Source: Prasinococcaceae sp. CCMP 1430 (taxonomy: Eukaryota; Plantae; Prasinodermophyta). Taken from it: 64,000 nt of DNA. A program made the translations under genes and the position numbers. Each line of letters begins with the position of its first letter. Position 1 is the stretch's first letter. The notes beneath the pieces are model-generated. The model had not been told where the DNA came from, ran no database searches, and saw only the letters and a program-made list of their open reading frames with translations. The stretch spans positions 35,367 through 99,366 of the forward strand of contig RQSC01000757.1 of assembly GCA_013416795.1 (NCBI GenBank), in the 5' to 3' direction. Of this stretch, positions 22,740 through 33,970 are shown piece after piece.

Positions 22740-23731
22740 TCACGCGTCGCCGCCCGCCTCTTCCGCCGGTGGCGTGACCGTGAAGCTGAGGCCGTCCTCC
22801 TTGGCGAACTCCCAGTTGGTGTGGTCCGTGACGTTGGTGTCGGCGAGCTCGAGGTTGTAAAACGCCACGCCGCCGTCGGCGCCGTCGACCGGGCAGCCAG
22901 ACACGTCTGGCGGTGCATACAGCGGCCCGGCGTGCCACGTCCCCTTGTGAAGCTTCACGATGGTGCCGCCCTGTGCCGTCGAGCGCACGGGCGCGCCGCG
23001 GAGGCAGCGCGGCGGGCGTCAGCGACGACGGGCCCTGCGCTCGCGACGCGCCGCAGCGGACGCATCTCTCGCCGCCCCAACCCTCCACCCTCCACAACAT
23101 CCCGCACACACGCACCTTGAAGGCGAAAACCTTGAGCTCCTCCAGCGATGGCCGCTCCGCGTCGGGCGGTGCGACGGCGAGGTACCACTCCCGGCGCGGG
23201 TCGACTGCTGCGATGCACTGGGTGACTGCACTCGCGACAGCGCGGGCGCGCGGCGGCCAAGGCAGCAGCGGCCGGGGCGGCCAGAATCGCGTCAGCGCAC
23301 GTGAGCCACGCGCGTGAGCGTTCGCGCCGCAGCCATGCGAGCGCCGGGGGTGCGCGCACGCGCGGAGACGCGGCTTGCAGCACCCCCGCAGCGCCACACA
23401 GAGACCCGCGCTTGCAGCACCCGCGCAGCGCCGCACAGAGGCCCGCGCGCTGCACGGCGCACGCGCACCCTTGTCGTGGTACGTGATGCGATCGAAGCCG
23501 AGCCCGCGCTCGGCGGGGAGGCTCATGATGTAGAAGCGCGGCACGCCTTTGTCGAGCTCGAGGCTCGCGTCGCCCGCGCCGGGTGCAAACGCGAAGCCGT
23601 CGCGCGTCGGCGACACGAGCTCGCCGTAGGGCGCGAACGCCTCGCGCGTGCCGCGCGCCGCCGCGACGCGGCCGCGCGCGCGCGCCGCAGCCAGCCCGCG
23701 GGGGGGCCGTCGCCACCACCGCGGCGCACAT
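22740..23731 (-). CDS. Ureidoglycolate lyase/hydrolase-like cupin; introns 23468-23226 and 23115-22971; apparent 5' frameshift
   Basis: REAFAPYGELV, PRFYIM, ITYHDK|VTQC, GTIVKLHKGTWHAGPL and FYNLELADTNVTDH are typical of this plant/cyanobacterial family. Confidence 0.8.
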
Positions 23732-24407
23732 CGGGGGAGGAGGCGCCTCAGGCCTGCCGTGTGGCGGGGGCATCAGGGCGGGTGCGCACTGCCCGCACGC
23801 GCCAGCGCAGCACATTTCGATCATCACTCCAATCGAGAAAAAAATGCTCATTCATTTTGATATGCCAGACATCTCTCACTGTGCGTGCGTGTGGGTCCTG
23901 TCAACGGCGTGACATCAAGATGCCGCAGCGAGCACTGGCAGCACCGCGCGCGCGCGCTCGCGGCGAGCCGCTCCGGTGCGCGCACTGGCGGCGAGGGGTC
24001 GTACGACTCCGTGCGCGCGTGTGTTGGTGCTGTCGTTACATATGCGTGCGCGCCACGGCGCGTGACTCCGTCAGTCAGGGCGTGGCGCGTACAATAGCTG
24101 TCGCCGAACGCGTCGAGGTGCTTGCAAGCCACTGCGGTGCCGCCGACATCATAATTTGTTGCTGTCGACTGGCGGGGCGGACGCTTCGTCGTAGTGAGGC
24201 CCCTCGCTCGTCGCCGCTTGCAGAAACTCTCGCGTACGCTCGGAGGGGGGGTCGTCCCTTGCGACGGCAGGGGCCTGAGGAGGATCTGGCCGCGACCTGT
24301 GCCAAGGCGCTACACGCAAGGGTGCGAGGGGGGCGCATCAGGTGCATGGATGTTCGCGTCAGCACTGCGCAGGTGCCATTGGAAGGCTCGCGCCGTGCTC
24401 GTCACCC

Positions 24408-27400
24408 CTAGTGAGCCGCTGCGGTAAAGAGATCGTCGCGCCAACAAAACGCACACTCGGAAGTGAGTGCTGGCGCGCGAACACGCGGCGCACGCACCGT
24501 CGGTCGGCGGCGGCGCCACCATCGTCGCCGTGGGGAGGGCGTTGCTATCTTCGTCGTGCCCACTCCACCCGGCGTGCAGACCACTGGCGATCATGGCATC
24601 GTGGTGGACGCCCGTCGCGCTGCCACCCTGACCGAGTCCGGTGACCTGGCTGGGCCGAGCCTCTCGAGAGTGCGCGGCGCTCATTTGCTGCAAGCCTTCG
24701 GGCACCAACACCGACTGTGACGCGCCAACCCGTCCGTTGCCTGCGCGCCTGGTCGCCCCAGCAGGACTCGAAGACTCTGCCTGCCTTGGCGCCCGTAGGG
24801 GATTGCTCACCGCGCGCGCGACCACCTCTGCATTCACGTCGCTCGGCTCGCGCAGGTGTGAGTGCGTCAGGTTGACTCCGCTGGCCATTTCAAGCACGGA
24901 GCCGCTGCTTGACCTGCTGCCGACGGCACCGCTCGGTGCCCTACTGCTGGCGTTGCTGTCCGGCAACAGGCGCGTCGTGCTCCGGATGCTGCTCACCGGA
25001 ACCATCAGGCCCACCACGCGCGCACCAACTGGCGGCTGCGTCATGAATTGCCCTCGGGGGGGCTCGCTGCCGGTGCCGCCGCCTGCGCCGTCCTCCTCCA
25101 CCGGTCGGTTCTCGGGAAGGATTTCATACGCGTCGTCCGCCGGACGCACCAGGAGCAGCAGGATGACCATGACCAACAGCAGCCCGGTCATGGCGACACC
25201 CGCGCCCAGCACAGCATAGAAGCCGGTGCGAAGGCTGCTGGAGCTGTTGTCACAGAGCTCGACTTTCCCGACATCCGCCGCGCGCAGCACCGGCTCGCAG
25301 CGAAGCAGCCCCTGGCCGATGTGGCGAAATGCGGAGAGGAGCGTGAGGTCGCTGAGCGCCTGCGACACGTCCGACGGAGGCAGCGCCTCGAAGCACGCCG
25401 ACTGGTCTGCCGGAGTCGGCATCGCCTCGCACAAGTCGGCAAATCGCTCGGCGTGCAGCTTGCACGACACGGGGTCGGACACGTCGCTAACCTCGACGAT
25501 CGCGGCGTTGCAGTAACGGGCCACCTCGGGGTCGGCCACCCGCTCGTCTGTGCACACCTGCGTGTCCTTGAGCAGATTGATGCCCGCGATCACCTGTTCG
25601 ATGAGGCTATCGGCCTGGCTCATCGCATCCTCCGCCGTGGTCTCCGACGGGCATTCGATCTCCTCGGCGAGGGCGCTCGACGCGTTCGGTGCGCTTACGT
25701 TGGCCTCGGGGTAGTGCGATGCGATCAGCGAATTCTGAAGGATCACAATGTCGTAGCACGTGTCACCAGTGGCCACGCCGGCGCCCACCGCGAGCATCAC
25801 AATGCAGAATACGAACGCTACCGCGAGGGCGACGATGGCGCCCACAACGAGGTGCAGCTTGCGGCGGTGGAAGAGGACGGCAAGAATGCCCAGCAGCGAG
25901 GCAACACCCACTGCCACGCTGATCCCAATGATCCAACCCACGTCGCGGTAGCCCTCTGCCGTCTTCACGATGCTGATCACGTCGTCCGAAGCGTCCCTCA
26001 CGCGCGCCGCGTCGGAGACGGCGTCGCTGGCCACGGTCCTGAGGTCCTCGAGCGTGGAGTTGACCGCGTCGAGCGCCTGCTTCACCGTGTCCGAAGTATA
26101 GTTTGCGCCGGGCAGCGCTTCGGCAATCGCAAAGAGGCACGCAGTGTCGTCCACTACCGACTCGACCTCGCGCTCTATCGCTCCCACCACTTTGAGGTTG
26201 GCCTCGCGCGAGTCATTCGAGGCAAGCACGGCCACGATGATTCCTGCCACCACGCCACCGACGCACAGCACGCCGAGAATGGCGGTGAGCCTTCGCACCA
26301 GCGGGCGCTGCTTGCCGGTGCGCGAGGGCGCGCAGCGGCCGTCGTCGCGGCCGGGCTGCGAGGCGCGCCTGCAGCAGCCGCAGAAGCAGTCGCATCCCGT
26401 ACGCACGCAATTCTGCATGCGCTGGCAGCGCCAGCAGCACACCGCGAAGCAGCACGTGCACTGTGTGAGCCACAACCACAGCAGCACGATGGCCGCCAGG
26501 CCGGCGCCAGCGACCGCAAAGGGTATGCCCGCGCTCGCAGCGCTCACGCCATAGTCCACTGTGATGCCGTACGTCTCGTTGTACGGGGCGCCGAAGGCCG
26601 ACACCATGTCCGTACGCGGAAAGGATGTCCAGAACTCCGCGGCACCGGGAGGGAACGTCGCCAGCGGCGGCACCGCCTGGGTCTTCGTCGGGAACAGGCG
26701 CGCGCGGCTGGCCATGCACGCCTGCGGGAGCGCGATCCCCGTGCCGACCGTGCACACGTTTGTGTCGCGCGCGGCGCCTGCGCCCCCCTGCTCCTCGGCG
26801 CTCTCCTGCGCGTCTGTCCCTCCGCAGTCGGCGCTGAGTGCAAGCTCCGAGCCGCCGCAGTCGATGGCGACGCACGTCGCCGAGAAGCCGGCCCCGACGA
26901 CGCTGCCGTCGGTGCTGAACGTGAACACGAGGCGCTCCCCCGCGCCCACCACGATCGGCGCAGGCGCCACGCTGCCGCAAAGCACCTCTGGATCACCGTC
27001 GTCACCTTCATCGGCGTCCCCCTCTTCGCCACCGTCGCCGCCCGAACCCGATCCGGAGGCGACGCGCCGCACCGACACAAAGTCGTGGCAGCCCTGGTTG
27101 GTGCCCTGAGCAAGGGACTCCTCGAGCTCGAACAAGGTATCGAAGACGACGCGCGCGGGGCCGGCCGCCTCGAACACCGCCCCGGCCACCGCGTTCGGGT
27201 ACGGCTCGTTGGGCCAGCCCACGGTAGCGACGCCCCCGGCGGAGGTCGCCACCAGAGCGCCACCTCCGTCGTCGACGAGCGACAGCTCGCACGCACCGGC
27301 GGCTGCGCTCGATGCTACCGCCAGCAAAAGCAGGAGCACGACGGAGGGAGGGAGAAGGCCACCTCCGATACTCGGCCGCGCTGCCACCGCCGCATTCTTG

Positions 27401-27429
27401 GCGGCGGGCGGCGGCACGCGGGCGCCCAT
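24408..27429 (-). CDS. Signal peptide, CUB domain and five-TM Tweety/prominin-like membrane protein; probable last intron 24497-24419
   Basis: CUB motifs (GWPNEPYPN, CHDFVSV, VLCGS, FTFSTDGSVVGAGF); Cys-rich loop after TM1; GDTCYD after TM4; C-x14-C before TM5; low-complexity cytoplasmic tail. Confidence 0.7.
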
Positions 27430-28084
27430 GTGCGCTGCCCCGACCTGCGGGCGCGCGGACGCCACCCTGCGCTGAAGCACCGGCGCTTGCCCCCGCTGGA
27501 CGGCCGCGCGTGCGCGTGCCCCCCTCACCCCTCCCCGGCAGCCCGCGCGCGCAAAAAAAATCGCGGCGCGCACGCGACCGCCCGCGCGCGGTGGCCCGCG
27601 CGGCCGCCTGCGGGCGGACTCGCTGGGGGAGGCACACTCGCGCGCGCGCGCGCGCTGTGGGCTTTGGCGTCGCGCGACGATGCGCCCGCGCGCCAGACTG
27701 TCGATTCCGCGCGCGAATCGCCGCCGCCGGATTCGTTTTGACGTAATTTACAAACCCGTATTTTAAGAACCTCATGTGGTTCGGGTTAATTGCGCGGCGC
27801 GGCGCGGCAGCGCCGCCTCCCGGGGCGAGCCCCGCCGCGGACCCGGCCAGATGGCGAGCACCCGGCGCGCGGTGTCAGCGCATTAGGCACCGAGGCCTCC
27901 GGGCGCCTTGAGGGGAGAAATGATGGAAGACGGGGCGCGGCGCGCCGCGAGCCGCGCGGGCGCCGGCGCCGCACCCCTCTTCTCTCCCGGCCTCCCAGGG
28001 CGGTGCTATGCCAGCTGGCGCACGCCCGCAACGTCTCGTTGACTTGCGCCTGGGACAACGCAGCGCCGAAGAAAGCGCTGTTGT

Positions 28085-28196
28085 GTCTGTGTGTGTGTTT
28101 GTTGTGTGTGTGTGTGTGTGTTTTTGCTGGTGTGTGTGTAAGCGTGTGTGCGCGCGTGTGTGTGTGTGTGCTCGTGTGTGTGTGTGTGTGTGTGTG

Positions 28197-28259
<63 letters not shown>

Positions 28260-28388
28260 GTGTGTACGTGTGTGTACGTGTGTATGTGTGTGCGCGTGTG
28301 TGTACGTGTGTACGTGTGTATGTGTGTGTGTGTGTGACACTGTGTGTGTGCGTGTGGTGCGCGTGTGTGTGTGACACTGTGTGTGTGC
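28085..28388 (+). repeat. Imperfect (TG)n microsatellite, about 300 bp
   Basis: Read directly. Confidence 0.95.
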
Positions 28389-28602
28389 GCGTACTAGTAC
28401 CAACGTGATGGTACTGCAAGCGTCGATCCGTTCGCGTCGGTCACATGCACATGCAATTTGGCCCACGAAAAGTACGTATCGAAGGCTCAATCTCAGTCAT
28501 TCGCGTGCACGCGCGGCGTCCGCTTGCGAGTGTGATGATTCGCGTGCGCTGGGTGTGCGCCACACCGATGCTCTCATGCGACTTTAGACAAAAAAAATAG
28601 AA

Positions 28603-31600
28603 TTAGAGCGCCACCCAGCGCTCGCCCACGCCGGGCGCGAGCGTGGCCCGCGCGGCCTTGGCGAGGCGCGTGACGGCCTCGCGCAGCTGCTTCTTGTTGT
28701 ACTCGCGCACCACGCACGCGAGCTCGTTGATGCCGATGCCGTGCGCGCCGCCTTCCGACTCGAGCAGCGCGAGCACCTTGCGCTCGGCGTCGTTGAGGCC
28801 CGCGCCGCCCGCGCCATCGGGAGAGACCGGGCGCGTCGCCGCGCCGGCGCCGGCGCCGGCGCCGGCACCCTCGCGCTCACGCGCGCGGGCGTCGGCGATC
28901 GCGTCCTCGTCAGGGTCGGGGCCGAACGCCGCCAGCTCGTCCGCGGCGATGGCCGCAGCGGCAGCGGCGGCAGCGGCGCCGGCGGCGGTCTGCGGCGCAA
29001 TCTTCCCCTTGCTGGCTTGCCGCGCGGCGGGCGTGCCGCGCGTCGGCTTCGCCTTGGCAGCTCGCGACGCCTCGCCCGCGCCCTTGTCCTTGACCGCGCC
29101 CTTCTTCTTCTGGCGCTTGGCGGCGGCCGCCTCGCCCGTGGCGCCCACCACGGCAGCCTCGTCGCCGCCAACGCGCCGGACGGCGTCGTGCATGCGCTTC
29201 GAGCGGAACTTGGCCACCGGACCGGACACGCGCGCGAAGAAGTCCTCCACGCGCGTTTGCGTCGCGCGCTGCTCGAGCCTCGTGCTCATGGCGTCCAGGC
29301 GCTTGTAGGCCTCCTGCTCGTCCACGCCCAGCTTGTGCACCGCGAGGTAGTAGAGCTGGTTGACGTCGGGCGCTGACCAGTCCATCGCGCGCCGCGGCAG
29401 GTCCGTGCGTGGGCTCGCAAAGGCGTCGTACACCACCTGCGAGGGAAAGGCGGGCGGGAAAAGCCAGCTCTTGGACACCTGCCTGTGCTTGGCAGCGAAG
29501 GTGCCGCCGTCCGCGGCGCCGCTGTCCCCGGCGCCCGCTTTGGCGGCGTCCTCTCCCTCGCCCACACCGGCAAGCATGCGCGCGTCGGGCGCGTCCACCC
29601 ACTCCTTCACGCGCGCGAGCCCCTCCAGCCCTCGGTGGCCCGTCACGATCTCGTACGCGTTGACGATGCCCACGCCGCGCACGCCCTCCGTGTAGTCGCA
29701 CCCGAGCAACAAAGCCAAACAGATGAGGTCCGTCCTCTTGAGGCCGAGCTTGCTCGACACACTGCCCATGGTGTAGTGCTCAACGTAGCGCTTGTCGTCG
29801 AAAATGTGGCGGTAGACGTTCTGCGCGCCGAACAGAAATGCGTCGCTGTCATCGGTGATGACGCCGTCCACCAGTCCGGCCTCCTCGAGCGCCGCACACT
29901 GCGCCTCGGCCTCCATGGGCGCGTCCACGTACGGCACACCAAAGAGGACCAGCAGCTCCTTGATGTCTTCATACATCTCAGGCGTGGGGCCGTCGTCCTG
30001 TCCGCGCCGCCTACCAGCGACGTCCCTCTCGAGCTCAGCGGCGCGCACTTCGGCTTCGCCACGCATCGCCGCCGCAGCGTCTGCGCGCTCGTGCGCGCTC
30101 ACAGGAGGCTGCGGAAGCGAGGGCGGCTGCATCTGCGCGTGCGCCTGCTCCCGTGCCGCACGCGACTGCGGCTGCCCAAGCTCGGGTGCGTCCGCGGCAC
30201 CGCCACGTCGGGCGACGTCGTCCGCCGCGGCGCCATCGCCGTGCGCGCGGCGCGCGGCGTCGGGCGGATGGCCGACGACCGGACTTGTAGGGAGGCCGCC
30301 GTCGTCATCGCTCACGACCATGGCATCGTCAGAGGCGCCCCCGCTCGCATATGCGTCAGCCGGATTTTGAGGCGCGGCGTCCTCCGTCTCCTGCGCGCGC
30401 ATCGCGTGGCACCGCTCGAGCGCCTCGCGGATCGCGGCGAGGGACTGCAGCACGGGAAGCTCAACGGTCCATTCCCCGGAAGCGACGGCGGTGCGCGCTG
30501 CCACGCTCGCAGAGAGTCTTTCGCGCACAACCACGTGAGGAGACTCGGCACTGCCGTCGCGCTCGTCGATCTCGTCCGGCCCAGGCAACCAGCTGGGCCA
30601 GACCACGCGCACGTCGGCTGTCGCAGCGAGGAAGCCCGCCACTGACCTGTATGCGGCCTCGTGGACACCGCCTGTGACGACCACGCGGGCGTCGGGGCTA
30701 TCTACCTCGCATGCATCGCACTCTGCCTCGGCAGCAGCTGCGATTGCAGCCGTCGCAGCAGCTTCGTGCTCATGAGTGCGACCGCCAACGCCCTCAGCCG
30801 CGCCCGTCATTCCGGCGGCATCGTTCCCGTCGGTCGCGGCGGCATCGCACTCCTCCCAGCCGCTGTCGTCATCGCTGTCGCCCTCGCCCTCCCCGTCGCT
30901 CCCGTCGCTGCCGCCGCCACCGCCGCTGCCTGCGACCAATGGGGCGTCATTGCCCTCGGAATCCTCGTGACGCGCAATGAGCGCCATAAAGTCCTTGGTG
31001 TCGTCATCGAGATGCGCCGGCGAGCCTGTACCGGCGCCAGCCGAGCCAGCGCGCACCTCGCCTGCGTCTATTACGACCACGTCATCGTCACTCCCGAAGT
31101 CAGACTCCGAATCGTCGGTTTCGACCTTGATCGCGGGCGAACCGCCATTTGGATGCGCTTCAGCCTCGGGCTCCGTTCCCGGCGGGACGCGCGTCCCACC
31201 GACGCCCACTTGCTCCGCCGCTCCGCGCTCAGAATGAGGCAACGCCGCCAGCGCTCGCGAGCTGGAATTTGCACCCTTGCCCCCGGCAAACGCCGCACTT
31301 CCGCTCTCCTCAACCATGGCAATGTCGGCGCCCTCACTCGCATCGGCGTCATCGCCCACGTCGGCGTCCCATGCGTGCTTTTGGCGAGGGGGCGGCGGCG
31401 GCATTGCCGCGCGCGCGGCACCGAGGGCGCCCTGCGGCCCAGCCTCCGCTGCACGAAACCTGCGATTGGCAGTAAAGCGCCCTCCCGTGGGGTTGGGCAG
31501 CACCGTCTGCCCGGTGGCGAGGGCCACCGCCAGCGCGTCCTGCAGGCCCTCGCCGCCCGGCCTGAAAGCGCTCGCAACAGGGCGCTCCGCCTCGGCAGCA

Positions 31601-33326
31601 CGTGCGCTCGCTCGCTCGCCGGGAGGCGGCGCGAGGAAGCCTCCAGCCGAGCCGGCCACACCGCCGCCACTCGCGCCACGGCCGGTGCTCCTGCTGTCGT
31701 CGACATTAAATCCGCCGCCAGCGCCGTACATGTGCGAGATGGTCTCGATGTTGGTGCCAGTGGCGAGGCTGTAGAGCGCGGTCCCCTCCCGCAACGATGC
31801 AAGCGGCGCGACGCCCTCGTTGGCCTTGGTGAAGATCAGCTCGCGCCCAGCCTCGCCGGCAATGCGTCGCGGCGTGGGGTTGGCGTTAAAGCCGCCGAGG
31901 CCCGCCTCTCCGCCTCCCACCTGCTGCTTCATGCGCTCAAGCTCACGCTTAAAGTTGGCCGACTGCACGTACTTGCCCATCTGCGTTTGCGAAAAGGCCG
32001 CCGCGTCCTTGCGCAGGTTCTGGTAGGTCGAGCGGTTCTCGGCGGTCTGCTGCTCGCGCAACTGCTCGAGGAGCTCCTGCTGGATGGACTGCGGCAGCGT
32101 CGCCAGCGCGGCGGGGTCCAATGACGTGGCGCCAGCTGGCAGCATGTACTCGTGCGCGCCGTCGCCCGCTTCCCCCTTCTTCTTGTCCTCATCGCCGCTC
32201 TCATCGTCGCCATCGGCGGCGCCACCCGAGCTCGGAGGAGCGGTCTGGAGCTCGGCGTTGAGCGCGCGCGCCGCCTCGAAGACGTCGTATTCCCTCCCAC
32301 GCTCACCCACACCGAGGTCAGGCGGCAGAACCGCGCCACCAGCAGCGTCCTGGGCCGCCAGCGACGCGGCGAGCAGCGCGTCGGAGGCCGTGTCCGGGCG
32401 ATGCAGGTCGGCCCCGCCGCCATCCGCAAAGCGCACGCGCGCTTTGTCCTTCCGCTTCGCCTGTCCCTTGTAAATGTTTTTGCCGCTCCCTCCGGCTGCC
32501 TCCCGCCGCCTCTCCGCCAGGGCCGCCTTGCGCGCCTCGGCCCGCGAAAGGCGCATCGCGCGGCTCATGGGACTCTCGTCGCCCGCAACCGCCTCCTCGT
32601 CGTCGGTGTCGGTGAGATCACTCGAGTCCGACTCGATCTGCTCCGGTGGCACGGCCGAGGGTGGGTCGGGCGCCTTCGCCTTGCCCTTGCGTGCCGCCGC
32701 GACGGCCGCCGCCGCGGGGTCGCTGCGCAGCGTCTCATGGACCAATGGCGCAGCGCCAGCCCCAGCGCCGCCGCCGTCTCCGACGTCCCCGCCCGCGCCG
32801 GCCTCCGCGCGCGCGGTCTGCTCAATCTCCGCGGTGCGCGCCCTCACGATGTTGTACAGGAGCAGCTTTTCCGCCTGCCGCCTCAGCTTGCTCTCCACGG
32901 CATTCTGCGAGCGCGCAGAAGCGAGAGCACACGCGCGCGCGCGCCGACGTCAGCGCACGGCAACGACAGGCGTTCGCTCGCTAGCGCGCGGTCCCGATCG
33001 TGCGCGCCGGCACGACCGCGCGGGGGCGGCACACGCACCGCCCTGCGCCTTCTCGCGACGACCGTCTTGCGCTTGAGCTGTGGCGTGCCCCCATCGAAGA
33101 CGAACACCGGCCGTATGCGGTGGTATAGCAGCCGCTCCACGCGGTTAAAGAAGTAGCGCACATGCGCGTTGGTGAGCCCCTCGCCGGTGTGCTTGTCGCG
33201 CATCGCCTTCAGACATTGCACGAGCCAGATGGAGGTGTCCACTGCCAGGCGCCGCCCCGAGAGCGTCTCAACTTCGATGCGCGAGCCGCACGGCTCGAGG
33301 AGGCTCCAGAGGTCCTTGACGCCCAT
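28603..33326 (-). CDS. UVH3: XPG/Rad2 structure-specific endonuclease (UVH3/ERCC5 type); exons 33326-33039 and 32904-28603
   Basis: N-domain MGVKDLW..LAVDTSIW..PVFVFDG; long spacer with a UBM-like DPAALATLPQSIQQEL motif; I-domain GVPYVDAPMEAEAQCA..TDDSDAFLFG; H3TH LALLLGCDYTEGVRGVG. Confidence 0.93.
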
Positions 33327-33813
33327 AGCGGCAGGCGGTCGGGGGTGCGGCCGCTATGCCCCGCAGGCGGCCCGCACGCGCGCTGCTGCCCCAACCGAGG
33401 GGGCCACCGAGGCGGCCGCAACCGCTGCCGGGAGCGGCCTCCCTTCGCCTCCACAGCAGGGATCGGCCGCGCCGACGGGCGCGCGCGTCCCCCCCCGCCG
33501 GTGGCGCGGTCCCCGCCCGCGNNNNNNNNNNNNNNNNNNNNNNNNNNNNNNNNNNNNNNNNNNNNNNNNNNNNNNNNNNNNNNNNNNNNNNNNNNNNNNN
33601 NNNNNNNNNNNNNNNNNNNNNNNNNNNNNNNNNNNNNNNNNNNNNNNNNNNNNNNNNNNNNNNNNNNNNNNNNNNNNNNNNNNNNNNNNNNNNNNNNNNN
33701 NNNNNNNNNNNNNNNNNNNNNNNNNNNNNNNNNNNNNNNNNNNNNNNNNNNNNNNNNNNNNNNNNNNNNNNNNNNNNNNNNNNNNNNNNNNNNNNNNNNN
33801 NNNNNNNNNNNNN

Positions 33814-33956
33814 AGAGCGCGGCCGACGTGCGCGCGGCGCAGCGCGCGCACGTGGCGCTCATCTACCGCGCGGCGGCCTTCTTCGAGGAGTACGACGTGC
33901 TCGCCACGCCGTGCGTCATGACGGCGCCGTTCGACGTGAACGTGCCGTGGCTCAAG
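33814..33956 (+). CDS. Fragment of an amidase-signature family protein (C-terminal part), next to a gap
   Basis: FFEEYDVLATPCVMTAPF matches the amidase C-terminal DxLxxP motif; ends at an AAG|GTGCGT donor-like site. Confidence 0.55.
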
Positions 33957-33970
33957 GTGCGTACGCTCAG

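Noticed and set aside
27786-28490. ORFs rich in Cys-Val or His-Thr here and at 59899-60987
   Set aside because: They are translations of TG/CA microsatellites.
6729-33968. Introner-like repeated intron family (shared GTGCGTACGCTC at 6729 and 33957)
   Set aside because: Similarity is limited to an extended donor consensus; intron bodies are not alike.
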